DNA from: a virus
Lineage: Duplodnaviria > Caudoviricetes
Reading direction: 5' to 3' (one strand)
DNA length: 33,532 nt
Virus record (IMG/VR): IMGVR_UViG_3300020306_000011
Span: 1-33,532 of that record
In this document: positions 7,172-17,475 of the stretch, piece after piece
Layout: each line of letters starts with the position of its first letter
How positions within the stretch are numbered: the stretch's first letter is position 1
The notes under the pieces: model-generated
What the model saw: the letters and a program-made list of their open reading frames with translations, nothing else
What the model was told of the DNA's origin: nothing
Databases searched by the model: none
Position numbers and translations under genes: made by a program

Positions 7172-10100
7172 TTAGACTACTCGTACCTTCAAGTTCTGTG
7201 CAGCTAATGATTTGATCTGCACCTTGTTATTTGCAGGGAAGAAGAAGTCATAGTCAGTACCCAATACCGCACCCTCATTTAACGCAGCCGCATCGTAATT
7301 GAGCGTCACGCCATCGCTAGTTGGCAGTGTACTTGCAGCCGCATCCATCCTAAGTGCAATCATTAGGTCTAGGCTTGAGCCAGTAGAAAAATGGTTGGCA
7401 TCTGCAACAGCGTCTAGTTGTGTCTTGTCCATGCGGTTAAACGCTTGTGCGCCTAGAGCTTCTTGTAGGGTGTAGAGTTCATCATTTGTTGTACCGTCTA
7501 CCCATGTTGTAGATGTGCCGTATGCTGAAGATGCAGTAGAAAACTGATAAATTTTGTTACCTGAACGAGAGTGCGCCCATAACTTAGTTCCATTTGAAAT
7601 AAAACGGAAACCTTCAAAATTATAATCATTAGTTGTTTGGAAGGATAAAAAATTATTACTGTAACTAGCGGTACTTACATCCCATGCAGTTGACAGATTA
7701 TATTCGTATATCCCTGCCCAAGGTGCAGACGTATTACCATTTGTATCATCTCCTATAAACATTTTAGTACCAGTAGGATTAAACTCTATGGCTCTTGGTA
7801 CTGTTGCTTGAGATGTTACAGTAAAACTTTGGTTTGCATAAGAAGCTGTACTTACATCCCATGCAGTAGTTAAGTTGTATCTATATACTGTTTCTTGGCT
7901 ATAACCTATAATGTAAAAAGCAGTACCATCAGGTTTCCAAAACATACCTTTAGGAGAAGATTCTTGACTTCCTACCGATACATATGCGTTGTTATAAGAA
8001 GTTGTTGATATATCCCATGCGGTAGATAAGGCATATTCAGATACTCTATCCATACCACTGCCAACTGCATACATTTTTGTACCATCAGGTTTAAAAAATA
8101 TGTCACCCATTGAATAATTGTAGTTACTATCAAAAGAAAAACTTTTATTTTCATACGATGCTGTAGTTATGTCATTTGCTGTACTTAAAGAATATTGAAA
8201 AACAGCATTCGTGCTAGTTCCTGTGTGATAAAGTTTAGTACCATCAGGTTTTACAAATATGCCATGTCCACTTGCCTCGCCAGTACCAGTTAGCATGTTT
8301 ATTCCAGTAACACTGCTATCATATGACCCACTAGCCAAACTGTACCCTGCGGTTGTTCCACCATCATTATTATACTGCCATGTACCACTGTTATTCCTGA
8401 CAATCGGCCTAACACCATCAGTTCCTTTTGCTACCGACCAAGTTGTTCGACCATCGGTTGATACTGCATAATGTACTGTGCCAGTGGCAGCATTTTGTGC
8501 GGCTGTCATACTGTTGATGTCTGTAAAGTATTGACTGTCTATTCGACCACCAGAGTTTGTTACGGCAATATTATATTGTTGTAATGGAACAGATACATTT
8601 TGTAATGTAGCATAAGCATTACTATCCGCTCTTGATCGTGAATATGAATAATTAAATAATTTACCATCAACATGACAAATTGAAATACCACCTTGACTAG
8701 CATCACCCGAACTGTTTTGAGACGCTCTACTAAAATATTGTTCTGTGGTATGTGTCGCTGTTGTGATGTCGAAATCAGTAGTCAACGGATAAATAAACAT
8801 ATGTTCAGCGTTATAAATAGTTTGAAGTAAAAATTTACCATCAGAGGTAACACAAATACTTGCGTAATTGTTTCCCTTCATGGGAACTCTTACCGCACCA
8901 TCGTAGTTTTTTGTTCCTGTAATATCGTAAGCAGTGTTTAGGGTATATTGAAAAACCAATCCAGAATTATTATAAGTATTTACTGAATTTGTTGGATGCG
9001 AATGACCATGAGTTGTGTTACCTGCCCACTGTGCATAAGGCGAATAGTAAAGTTTTGTACCATCAGGACTAAAATCTAGCTGACCTCCAGAACCATTAGA
9101 TGTAGCTGCGGCTTGACCACCGCCATTAAAGGATACTTCTGTACCACTACCTGCCGTGCTTAGATCATATGGTGTGCTTAACGTCCACTGTTTTATAAAA
9201 TCACCACTATAAGGATAGTTATTATTTGTTGCATAAACTTTAGTACCATCAGAACTTATGTGGGTATCACCTGCGCTTTGCGTATAACCAGTAGCCAAAG
9301 TATCAGATGCTTGTGATATTGTACTCAAATCATAAGCAGTACTCATTGTCCAATGATGAATTTGTCCATTACTTTGTTTTGCGCCATACGCATGTAATCC
9401 ATTTTGAGATACACAAAAACCAACATACCCAGCAAAAGTACCAGATGCACTTGAGGTATTTGTTGTGTTTAAAAGAGGAGCAACTGTATTAAAAGTATTA
9501 CTAGCCACTGCAAAACCAGACATGGTAATACCGTCAGCATCCCCTGCGCTTTTAAGCCCAAACATCTGCCAACTACCTGCAGCTATCGTAGAGTTATCCG
9601 TAAATGCAGAGCCACCTGTTGTGCTAAATGCACCGCCAGTAGAGGTAAGGACTACATCACCACCATTGCCGACTATTCGTTTACCAACATCTGTTGAGGC
9701 AAATGAGCCAGAGCCTAGAGCTAGGGCATCTGTACCGTTTGAAAATTGATACATTCTAGAAGAACCGCTAGAACCACATCCAAAATAAACTCTTGTTTCA
9801 CTGCTATCTATGAATATTCCATGAGGGCTAGTACCTGCATTGATGCCTGTGAAATCTGCAAAAACATTAGCATAACTTGCAGAAGTAATATCCCATGCAG
9901 TAGCTACATTGTATTGAAATAATTTTCCATTACCACTGCTTCCACCAAGTACATACATTCTTGTGCCAGTTGAATTAAATGAAATTCCATTTGGCCCATT
10001 ATCTTGAATTGCACTGTTAAAAGATGAGGTATAACTAGCAGATGTTAAATCCCATGCGGCTGATAAATTATACTGAAATGTTGCGTTACCATTACCACCA

Positions 10101-10957
10101 ACAATATACATTCTTGTACCATCAGGTTTAAAATACAAACCTTTTGGCGCAGTTTCTTGACTTGCTGTAGAAAAATCATTTGTAGTTGATATGGTAGCAG
10201 TGCTCAAATCCCAAGCAGTTGATAAGTTAAAAGCTCTAACTTGGTCATTACTTTGGCCAACATAAAATAATACAGTTCCATCAGGTTTAAAGAATATATC
10301 TGTTGGGTCACCCTCACTTGTCGCAGCATTTGTAGAAACACCGTGACTAAACCCATCCCAAGTAGCAGTGCTTAAATCCCATGCAGTAGAAAGAGAATAG
10401 GTATAGATATATGCGTTTGATTGGCTACAAATATACATCTTTGTGCCATCAGGTTTAAAAAACGGACTTGGTTTTGGGCCATAAGTATTAATATCTAAAT
10501 CAGAACCAACTTGTGTAAGAGAAATACTGGTATTAGCTACAGTACTAGGCGTAAGCGTTACATTAGCAGCCGTGTTGTGGAAGTCATAGTTCGATGCTGT
10601 AGAGTTTACATCCCAATTACCCTTCGTTGATACGCCTGTTTGTGGCACTTCTTTCGTTGCAGATACTACTGGTGCAGACGTAATCCCTTGAGACAAGGTA
10701 ATGTCAGCCGTTTCGTTTTGGGTAAACGTCTTGGTCAAGCTGCCGGAGGTAACGCTAATGTTATCTAGCTGTGTCTGAAGGGCGCTTGTAGCACCAACCA
10801 CTTGGTTAAGTTCGGCTGTGCTTGCAGTCACACCATCAAGTTTGTTTAGCTCGGCTGCGCTTGCAGTTAAATCGCTTATCTCAGCAACTGATATTGCACC
10901 ATCTGAGAGAGGATTACCCTGTGATATTAAGTTTGCTAAATCTCGTGCTTTACTCAT
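7172..10957 (-). CDS. Large tail fibre / receptor-binding protein with three beta-propeller-like repeat blocks
   Basis: Many repeats of F-K/N/S-P-D-G-T-K/R-M/L-Y ... Y-x-L-S/T-T-A-W-D-I/L/V-S/T-T-A; S/T/G rich; MSKARDLANL N-terminus; AGGAGAGG RBS. Confidence 0.85.
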   Translation of the reverse strand: MSKARDLANLISQGNPLSDGAISVAEISDLTASAAELNKLDGVTASTAELNQVVGATSALQTQLDNISVTSGSLTKTFTQNETADITLSQGITSAPVVSATKEVPQTGVSTKGNWDVNSTASNYDFHNTAANVTLTPSTVANTSISLTQVGSDLDINTYGPKPSPFFKPDGTKMYICSQSNAYIYTYSLSTAWDLSTATWDGFSHGVSTNAATSEGDPTDIFFKPDGTVLFYVGQSNDQVRAFNLSTAWDLSTATISTTNDFSTASQETAPKGLYFKPDGTRMYIVGGNGNATFQYNLSAAWDLTSASYTSSFNSAIQDNGPNGISFNSTGTRMYVLGGSSGNGKLFQYNVATAWDITSASYANVFADFTGINAGTSPHGIFIDSSETRVYFGCGSSGSSRMYQFSNGTDALALGSGSFASTDVGKRIVGNGGDVVLTSTGGAFSTTGGSAFTDNSTIAAGSWQMFGLKSAGDADGITMSGFAVASNTFNTVAPLLNTTNTSSASGTFAGYVGFCVSQNGLHAYGAKQSNGQIHHWTMSTAYDLSTISQASDTLATGYTQSAGDTHISSDGTKVYATNNNYPYSGDFIKQWTLSTPYDLSTAGSGTEVSFNGGGQAAATSNGSGGQLDFSPDGTKLYYSPYAQWAGNTTHGHSHPTNSVNTYNNSGLVFQYTLNTAYDITGTKNYDGAVRVPMKGNNYASICVTSDGKFLLQTIYNAEHMFIYPLTTDFDITTATHTTEQYFSRASQNSSGDASQGGISICHVDGKLFNYSYSRSRADSNAYATLQNVSVPLQQYNIAVTNSGGRIDSQYFTDINSMTAAQNAATGTVHYAVSTDGRTTWSVAKGTDGVRPIVRNNSGTWQYNNDGGTTAGYSLASGSYDSSVTGINMLTGTGEASGHGIFVKPDGTKLYHTGTSTNAVFQYSLSTANDITTASYENKSFSFDSNYNYSMGDIFFKPDGTKMYAVGSGMDRVSEYALSTAWDISTTSYNNAYVSVGSQESSPKGMFWKPDGTAFYIIGYSQETVYRYNLTTAWDVSTASYANQSFTVTSQATVPRAIEFNPTGTKMFIGDDTNGNTSAPWAGIYEYNLSTAWDVSTASYSNNFLSFQTTNDYNFEGFRFISNGTKLWAHSRSGNKIYQFSTASSAYGTSTTWVDGTTNDELYTLQEALGAQAFNRMDKTQLDAVADANHFSTGSSLDLMIALRMDAAASTLPTSDGVTLNYDAAALNEGAVLGTDYDFFFPANNKVQIKSLAAQNLKVRVV

Positions 10958-10970
10958 AAACCTCTCCTAA

Positions 10971-11576
10971 TTATTCTATTCTAATAGCTATGTAATCTTG
11001 CTGATCTACTTGATCGAAAGTTATTCTTTCACCCGCGTAAGGTTGAGTATTAGAATTACCTTGTGTAGTCGACCATTTGCTATATGAATTTGGTAATCCT
11101 GTAGTACTTTCTGAGTACAAATTACCTGAACTTCCATAAGCTACGCCAGAAGGTACGCCAGAACGCCAACCTAAATAATAATCGCCAGTTGACGGAATAA
11201 CAGAATTACCAAAAGTATATACTGAACTAGAAATGTTTATAGTTTGAACTACGCCGTAAGTATTACCAACAGAATCTACTCTAAATCCATAATGTATGTC
11301 ATAAGTATGACCTGAAACAAATTCAAAAACCAAAATATAAAATGAGTTAGATTGAGTACTCATTCCTTTCCATCTAAAAATGCCAGTAGAAACATCTTGC
11401 CCTGCGGTAAATTTATAATCAGCACCAGCATCAACGCCTATATATCCAAACGACCCTGCTGAAAACCAACCATATGTTGCGTTTGTCATAGTTGTATCAT
11501 GATAGCCTACTGAAGAACCAAACGAAGATGCACTACCGCCGCCTCGACCTATAAAAAAGTTTGTTGGTAAACTCAT
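10971..11576 (-). CDS. Hypothetical beta-rich tail-associated protein
   Basis: G/S/T/Y-rich 201 aa in tail-fibre region; AGGAGG RBS. Confidence 0.7.
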   Translation of the reverse strand: MSLPTNFFIGRGGGSASSFGSSVGYHDTTMTNATYGWFSAGSFGYIGVDAGADYKFTAGQDVSTGIFRWKGMSTQSNSFYILVFEFVSGHTYDIHYGFRVDSVGNTYGVVQTINISSSVYTFGNSVIPSTGDYYLGWRSGVPSGVAYGSSGNLYSESTTGLPNSYSKWSTTQGNSNTQPYAGERITFDQVDQQDYIAIRIE

Positions 11577-11588
11577 TTGTCTACCTCC

Positions 11589-12431
11589 TTATATTGTATA
11601 GCCTTGGGCTGATGCGAGAATTGTTGTGCTATCTTTGCAAGTGAATGATACAACCCAATAACGACTATCTGACCAAGTTGGTTCTGTTGCTGCTGGCCAT
11701 TTAATATCTGATGCCCAAGTAGGTGTATGAGGCGTTGCTGTTGTATCTAATATCATCATAGATGTACGACCTGCTGCTACACTTACACCAGAAAAAGCAG
11801 TACCACCTGTCATGTTAAAATGATGCATAGGCTTCGTCATATCTATTGTCTGTGATGTAACTACATTTGCTGTATTCACCACTGGATTTAGACTTGTGTA
11901 AGTGCCAGTTATAGCCTTGTTAAAATCCCAAGTATCTGTTGCAGATGTATAGGTAATGTTTGCTGATGCACCGTCTACTGTAAGCCCTGCGCCATTTGCT
12001 GCTGCTGCGTCTGCTGCGCCCTTGGCAACCGTAATGTTTAAATCATCAACATCTAATGTTGTTGAGTTAATAGTTGTCGTTGTACCATTTACTGTAAGAT
12101 TACCACTTATGGTTAAATTCCCAGAAGTGTCGTAATTAACCAGTTTGTACCACGCTCCAGCATGCGAGTAAAATCCAGCCGCCTCTGCATGTACGTGGGC
12201 AAACATTCCATGATATGTAGAAGCGTTTGGAAGATCACTTAAAGTCGCATAATTATTAGAATAGGTTATCTTGTAGCTACCAAAGTCTATGTTGCTAGAA
12301 CCTATTCCTGTGCTTGATACAGCCTCAACCGCTTTGCCCAAAAGTAAAAACTCTTTGGCATCCGTAGTGCCGCTAGTATTGTTAATCTTAGTAGTAAGAT
12401 TAGCTTTTAATGTTGTAGTATTTATTGTCAT
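11589..12431 (-). CDS. Tail fibre-like structural protein
   Basis: YHGMFAHVH module, GNLTVNGTTTTINSTT...AANGAGLTVDGA shaft module, C-terminal W-P-x-x-x-x-P-T-W domain. Confidence 0.75.
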   Translation of the reverse strand: MTINTTTLKANLTTKINNTSGTTDAKEFLLLGKAVEAVSSTGIGSSNIDFGSYKITYSNNYATLSDLPNASTYHGMFAHVHAEAAGFYSHAGAWYKLVNYDTSGNLTISGNLTVNGTTTTINSTTLDVDDLNITVAKGAADAAAANGAGLTVDGASANITYTSATDTWDFNKAITGTYTSLNPVVNTANVVTSQTIDMTKPMHHFNMTGGTAFSGVSVAAGRTSMMILDTTATPHTPTWASDIKWPAATEPTWSDSRYWVVSFTCKDSTTILASAQGYTI

Positions 12432-12432
12432 G

Positions 12433-14220
12433 TTAAAGTCCTGCTAATGCTAGTGCCTCAACATCATCGAGAAGGGCATCTGTTTGAGTTTTAGTATAGT
12501 GGCTTGATAAAACAAAAGTTCCAAAACCAACGATAGCCACAGAATCGCCAGTATTAGCTGCTACATTTAAAACTACGGTACTTCCGTTTGTTGCTGTAAA
12601 ATCAGAAGCCGCAAGTTTAACACCATTTAAATATACATCTACAAATCCTGCATCATAAACGCATGGAAATGTAGTAGTAGATCCAGTATAAGATCCTGAG
12701 TTTGTTCCAACAACATACTCAAATCTTTCTGATGTACCGTTTACACTTGATCCTGCATTTTGAAAACTCTGACCATTGTAAACCTTCATAGTGTTTACAC
12801 CAGTAGCAGAATCAAACCATAACAATCCTAAGTTTGGATTGCTAGGCGCTGTTGAACTTATAATATATTGATTCCCAAATGCGTTTACAGAAGTCAGATT
12901 GTTTGCAACTGTATTTACATTTGTAATACTACCGCCAACATTATTAACATTAGTAATAGATCCTGCAACAGTTCCAATATTATTAGAGCCAGTTAAGTCT
13001 GCGGCAACAGTATTAATATTTTGAGTATTTGAACTTTGACCAATTGTTTGAATATTAGGACCTAGTGCTGCAACAGCAGTAACATCACTTGATATTCCTG
13101 CGACTGTTGTAACATTCGCTGAAATACCACCAACAGTATTAACATTTGATATGTTGCTTGCAACAATTCCAATATCCGTAGCATCAGCCGCAACAGCGGT
13201 AATATTTGCATTATTAGAAGCTACTGTATTTACGCTAGTAATATTATTACCAACAGTATTTACATTTGTTATATTTGTTGCAACCGTATCTATTTCAGAA
13301 GATGCTTCATTAAGATCATTAGCAACGGTTTCTATTTCAGATACAGTTTCAGCAAGATCAGCAGCAACAATATTTACATTTGCAATACTTGCGGCAACAG
13401 AATTAACACTAGCAATGTTAGTAGCTACTGTATTTACGTTTGTAATAGATCCTGAAACCGTAGTTATGTTTGTACTTATTGGACCTAATGCTTGAATATG
13501 AGTTGTGTCACCTGCGACTGTAGTAACATTAGATGCTATACCTGCTACTGTAGTTACATTAGCACTTATTCCTGCAACAGTTGTTACGTTTGTAGATATA
13601 TTCCCAACAGTGTTAATGTTTGTAATATTGCTTGCTACATTTGTTATAGCATTAGTCGATACTGTTCCGTCTTGTATATCAGCTAGTAGTGCTATGTCAG
13701 TTGACGCAGCAGAAACAGTTTGAACATCTGTTATACTTGGGCCTGCTTCCACTGCGCCAGTTGATGCATTGAAAGCGAGCGTCTTTCCTTTACGAGTGTC
13801 AACATCAGGGAGGACAAGTGACACCGCAGCATCAAAATCAGTAAGTTGCAATGCACGATTAGCTTGGTCTTGCAAATCAGCAGAGATAGCTACAAGTCTA
13901 TCAAGCTCTGTATTAAGAGCAACAATGTTAAAAGCACCAGAAACAGGAAAGTCAGTTGTTCGTTCAAGAGTTATATTACGAGTAATGACAACAGTAGACC
14001 CACCAGCGCCACCTGTGACAGACATAGAAATAGTACCAGTAGAACCATCGCCACCCGAAACAGTGTAGTTAGTAGTAATTGTTTGTAATACGCCATCAAT
14101 AAATACATTTAAATCTGCGTTATCAAAAAATTCAAATGGAACTGCAAAACTTGTTTGTGTTACTCCTGAAGAAACAGTGTAGGAAATACGCGGTGAATTG
14201 TCTGCAATATTAATTGTCAT
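12433..14220 (-). CDS. Tail fibre / adaptor with T7 gp17-like N-terminal anchor
   Basis: F-x-VPF-x-FF...Y-x-V-x-G...R-x-TDF...LN-x-ELD N-terminus; long N-V/I-T/N-T-V-A heptad repeats; C-terminal VDVYLNGVKL domain. Confidence 0.88.
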   Translation of the reverse strand: MTINIADNSPRISYTVSSGVTQTSFAVPFEFFDNADLNVFIDGVLQTITTNYTVSGGDGSTGTISMSVTGGAGGSTVVITRNITLERTTDFPVSGAFNIVALNTELDRLVAISADLQDQANRALQLTDFDAAVSLVLPDVDTRKGKTLAFNASTGAVEAGPSITDVQTVSAASTDIALLADIQDGTVSTNAITNVASNITNINTVGNISTNVTTVAGISANVTTVAGIASNVTTVAGDTTHIQALGPISTNITTVSGSITNVNTVATNIASVNSVAASIANVNIVAADLAETVSEIETVANDLNEASSEIDTVATNITNVNTVGNNITSVNTVASNNANITAVAADATDIGIVASNISNVNTVGGISANVTTVAGISSDVTAVAALGPNIQTIGQSSNTQNINTVAADLTGSNNIGTVAGSITNVNNVGGSITNVNTVANNLTSVNAFGNQYIISSTAPSNPNLGLLWFDSATGVNTMKVYNGQSFQNAGSSVNGTSERFEYVVGTNSGSYTGSTTTFPCVYDAGFVDVYLNGVKLAASDFTATNGSTVVLNVAANTGDSVAIVGFGTFVLSSHYTKTQTDALLDDVEALALAGL

Positions 14221-14241
14221 AGTAAACCCTCATTTGAGTGC

Positions 14242-14298
14242 AGAATATAAATGTAATAAGTTTGCTTCAACGCACAAAAAACAAAAAATTCCGCACAA
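14242..14298 (-). promoter_or_regulatory. Candidate late promoter with TTGTGCGTTG motif
   Basis: Minus strand TTGTGCG-TTGAAG-N17-TATTCT; second TTGTGCG 21 bp upstream. Confidence 0.65.
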
Positions 14299-17200
14299 TT
14301 AATTACGACCTATTGTTACAGTTCCATAATTTTCTTCTACTGCTCTACTTAAATTATTACCAACAGCATTAATATAAGGTATGCCATAGAATGGAATTAT
14401 TCTTCTTAATTCACGTTTAGATTCTTCAATGTTGCCTTTAAATAAATTGTCAAATGCTCTTGCATAATCAACAGCAATAGATGGACCTGCGCCAAGCACC
14501 GCAGTAGCAGCATCAACAGTATTTGGTTCTTGTGGATATTTTGCTTCGAGCAAACCGCCTGTTATATTAGGCCCACCTAGAGCTAAACTTGTTGCCATTG
14601 CTGTATAAAACAAATCAGAAAACAATGGCGCAATACCAGAATAATCAAATGCCCTTGCAAACTGATCTTCAAAATCCATTTCTACAAAGTCAGGTGTTCT
14701 TGTTTGTAAAACCATATAACCAAGACCCATTGCAGCAGCAACACCAATAAACTGAGATTTAAGTTGACCATGTGCCATAGCACCCATTGTTTTATTAACA
14801 GCAGCCAAGCTATAGCTATAGAACTGAAATGGGAGTCCAAGCAATCCGCTTTCAATTCGTGAGTATCCTCTGTATTTAGAATCTTCTTTCATCCCAAATA
14901 ACTTAGCAACACGCATTGGAATATAAGCAACACCATCAGTAATAATTGGTTTGTCGGCAGGAGTACCCATTAAAATAGTATTTGCAACACCAGAGCTAAG
15001 AGCAGCCCTAAATCTGTTTTGCGCAAGCCTGTCAGTCCAAGCATCAGAATTTGCTAGATAAAGACCAGAATCATTTTGTTGCCATTTTGCTTTCTTTTGA
15101 TTTGCAATACGTTTTGCTATATCTTTATCAATTAAATACCTTGCAAGATATTCTGTTTCCATCTGTGATGCTTCGCCTTTTGCTAATCTTACAGAATAAT
15201 CAATCAAAGTATGGCTACGCATCATAGCATCAAAATCTTTAAATATTCTTGTGATTGGTGCTAATCCATTTAGCAAATAAAAAGCATTTTTAGTTTTATC
15301 AAAGATATTAGAACGTAAAGGATTGTTACCTAAATCCTCTACTAATCTCATATGAACACTACCAAATAATATTTCTAATGCTTCTCCTGCAATCCTAGCT
15401 TCTTTTGCACCAAGTTTAAGCTGATTGTTTTTCATAAATGAAAACAGCCCTTTCATAGTAGGGCCAATACCATGCTCCATTATAATCTTTGCAGGTTCAG
15501 TAAGAGTTGATACACCTGCTTTTCCAAGATAGCCAAGCTGTGCAGCAGTCCTTAATACTTCTGCAACTTGGTAATCCCATGAACTAGGATTTCTATGAAT
15601 AACACTACCTGCTACACGCTCATATAAATGACGCATATCTTTTAAAACAGCAAAACGTTTGTTTTCTTTGACGCCTTTAAGGATCATTTCTACTTCTTGC
15701 TCATCAAGCAAATCGTCAATAGATCTTGAGCCAAATTGTTTTGCAAACTCGTACCGTGAGCCTGTTCTTGTAACGTATGCTCTCATAACTTGAATAGGAT
15801 TAGTATGAATAAACTTAGTAACCTCACTATTTGGAATATCAACAAGCCTATGTTTCATATGTTTTGATTTACCGAAACCAAAAAATCCTTTATCAAAATC
15901 TAAATCATCAGTGTTATTAATTATTTTATCAGTTAATTCTTTAACACGTTTTTGTACGTCTGATTTTTTTTGAGAAAGTGTAATTATTTCCCTGCCTTCT
16001 TTACTTACTTTTTCAACTTGAGTTGGATTATCTTTGAACCACCTAAACAAAACTTGTTCAAACTCTTCTCTGTTTTTCTTAATAATATTTCTATCCCAAT
16101 ATCTTGGACGAAATATTGTTTCGTTTGGAGGCATTACTTTTGGATCTGGCTTACTATTTAGAATAGCTGTTTGCCGATCTATTTCTCTTTGTTGATTTGC
16201 AATTGCTCTTTTAATAAAAGCTTTTTCAGAGTTTTTCTTAACTGCTTTAAGATTCTCGTTAAGTTCTTCTATTCTAAGTTGACGTCTTGAAATGTCTCTT
16301 TTGTAAAACTGGTTATTACCAATAAGACCTTGTTCTCTTAACCTTACTTCCCATGCATCATAATATTTATTTAAAGCAGTCATTGCTTGCTGTTCATAAT
16401 CATCAGCAGCTTTTTGACCTTTCATTGCTTTTACATCTACGGCTGTGATCCATTCCTCAAAATCGCTTCTTTTGTGCATATAATCCATTGGATCAATAAC
16501 ACCTTTGCCTGTTGCTCTACCCCATATTTTAACAAGCTCGTCATATGTTTTTACCATTTCTCCTTCTAATAATTTTGTATTCTGAAATACAGAAGGTTTT
16601 AATGCTTTTCCTGCTTTATTAGCAGCAAGCAATATTCCTGAGTCATTAGCTATTTCAAGCGTTGCAAGCTTAACACTGTCAGGAATACTTTTGTCTTGTA
16701 AAACTCTTTTCATAGGAGTTGTAACAGCATTGTATAGCCATGAGTTTGTGAAAATACTGTCAGCAATATTTAAATCTTTTGTTGCTGTTTTTTGAGGCAT
16801 AGCCTTTGCAACATTGCCTTTAGGTTTATAATCAGGATCAATAGCTGCTTTAAGGTTATTTATTTCTTTTTCTGCTTCTAAAGCTGCTCTTGCCCTTCTT
16901 GTCTTGGGAATAGAAATTGCAGCTTGTAAGCTTGTGCCTATTGCAAAAGCAGTACCAATATTCATAAAAGCTTCTTGTGGTGTTGCTAACGGATCAAATG
17001 GATATCTAATAGCTTCCTGTGTTGCAACTAATCCACTCGTTGCTGCACCAGTTCTAAGTGCTTTAGAAACACCTCTAGCACCTCTTATAAATGGCAAAGG
17101 AACATAATTAATTGGATCAAAAAACTCTGCACCAAGAGCAGCAAGAGTAGAAGATTTACCCATTACATCCCTAGACGCAATAGAGTTTCTCAATTCTGTT

Positions 17201-17475
17201 TCTAAAAAATTTAGATGCTCTTGGCTTTTAGCTCTTGCTAACTCAACAGCATATGGTTTTAAATCTTCTGATATATTATCAACAGGATTAAATCCCTCTT
17301 CTAGTTCTGGTAACCAACCAAAATTATTTATCTCCCTTATTCTATCAATTAAAGGGTCATATCTATAAGCAAGGTTTGCACCAACAGTATCAAAAAATTC
17401 AGGACTTTCTTGATCGTTAATTGCAATATCAGGTCTATAAGTAAGTTTTGGTAATGTTGTTAATCCATTTTTCAT
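14299..17475 (-). CDS. Large internal virion (ejection) protein, T7 gp16-position analogue
   Basis: 1058 aa helical protein just upstream of tail fibre; P-R-Y-W and QF-x-SY motifs typical of such proteins. Confidence 0.75.
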   Translation of the reverse strand: MKNGLTTLPKLTYRPDIAINDQESPEFFDTVGANLAYRYDPLIDRIREINNFGWLPELEEGFNPVDNISEDLKPYAVELARAKSQEHLNFLETELRNSIASRDVMGKSSTLAALGAEFFDPINYVPLPFIRGARGVSKALRTGAATSGLVATQEAIRYPFDPLATPQEAFMNIGTAFAIGTSLQAAISIPKTRRARAALEAEKEINNLKAAIDPDYKPKGNVAKAMPQKTATKDLNIADSIFTNSWLYNAVTTPMKRVLQDKSIPDSVKLATLEIANDSGILLAANKAGKALKPSVFQNTKLLEGEMVKTYDELVKIWGRATGKGVIDPMDYMHKRSDFEEWITAVDVKAMKGQKAADDYEQQAMTALNKYYDAWEVRLREQGLIGNNQFYKRDISRRQLRIEELNENLKAVKKNSEKAFIKRAIANQQREIDRQTAILNSKPDPKVMPPNETIFRPRYWDRNIIKKNREEFEQVLFRWFKDNPTQVEKVSKEGREIITLSQKKSDVQKRVKELTDKIINNTDDLDFDKGFFGFGKSKHMKHRLVDIPNSEVTKFIHTNPIQVMRAYVTRTGSRYEFAKQFGSRSIDDLLDEQEVEMILKGVKENKRFAVLKDMRHLYERVAGSVIHRNPSSWDYQVAEVLRTAAQLGYLGKAGVSTLTEPAKIIMEHGIGPTMKGLFSFMKNNQLKLGAKEARIAGEALEILFGSVHMRLVEDLGNNPLRSNIFDKTKNAFYLLNGLAPITRIFKDFDAMMRSHTLIDYSVRLAKGEASQMETEYLARYLIDKDIAKRIANQKKAKWQQNDSGLYLANSDAWTDRLAQNRFRAALSSGVANTILMGTPADKPIITDGVAYIPMRVAKLFGMKEDSKYRGYSRIESGLLGLPFQFYSYSLAAVNKTMGAMAHGQLKSQFIGVAAAMGLGYMVLQTRTPDFVEMDFEDQFARAFDYSGIAPLFSDLFYTAMATSLALGGPNITGGLLEAKYPQEPNTVDAATAVLGAGPSIAVDYARAFDNLFKGNIEESKRELRRIIPFYGIPYINAVGNNLSRAVEENYGTVTIGRN

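Noticed and set aside
7500-10500. Recurring CCATCAGGTTT and TCCCATGC DNA repeats as a CRISPR array or DGR template
   Set aside because: They are codons for KPDG and AWD propeller repeats inside one ORF; irregular spacing; no cas or reverse transcriptase gene.
13151-14088. Several + strand ORFs antisense to the tail fibre
   Set aside because: Shadow frames caused by repetitive Thr/Val/Asn/Ala codons; no RBS or coherent protein features.
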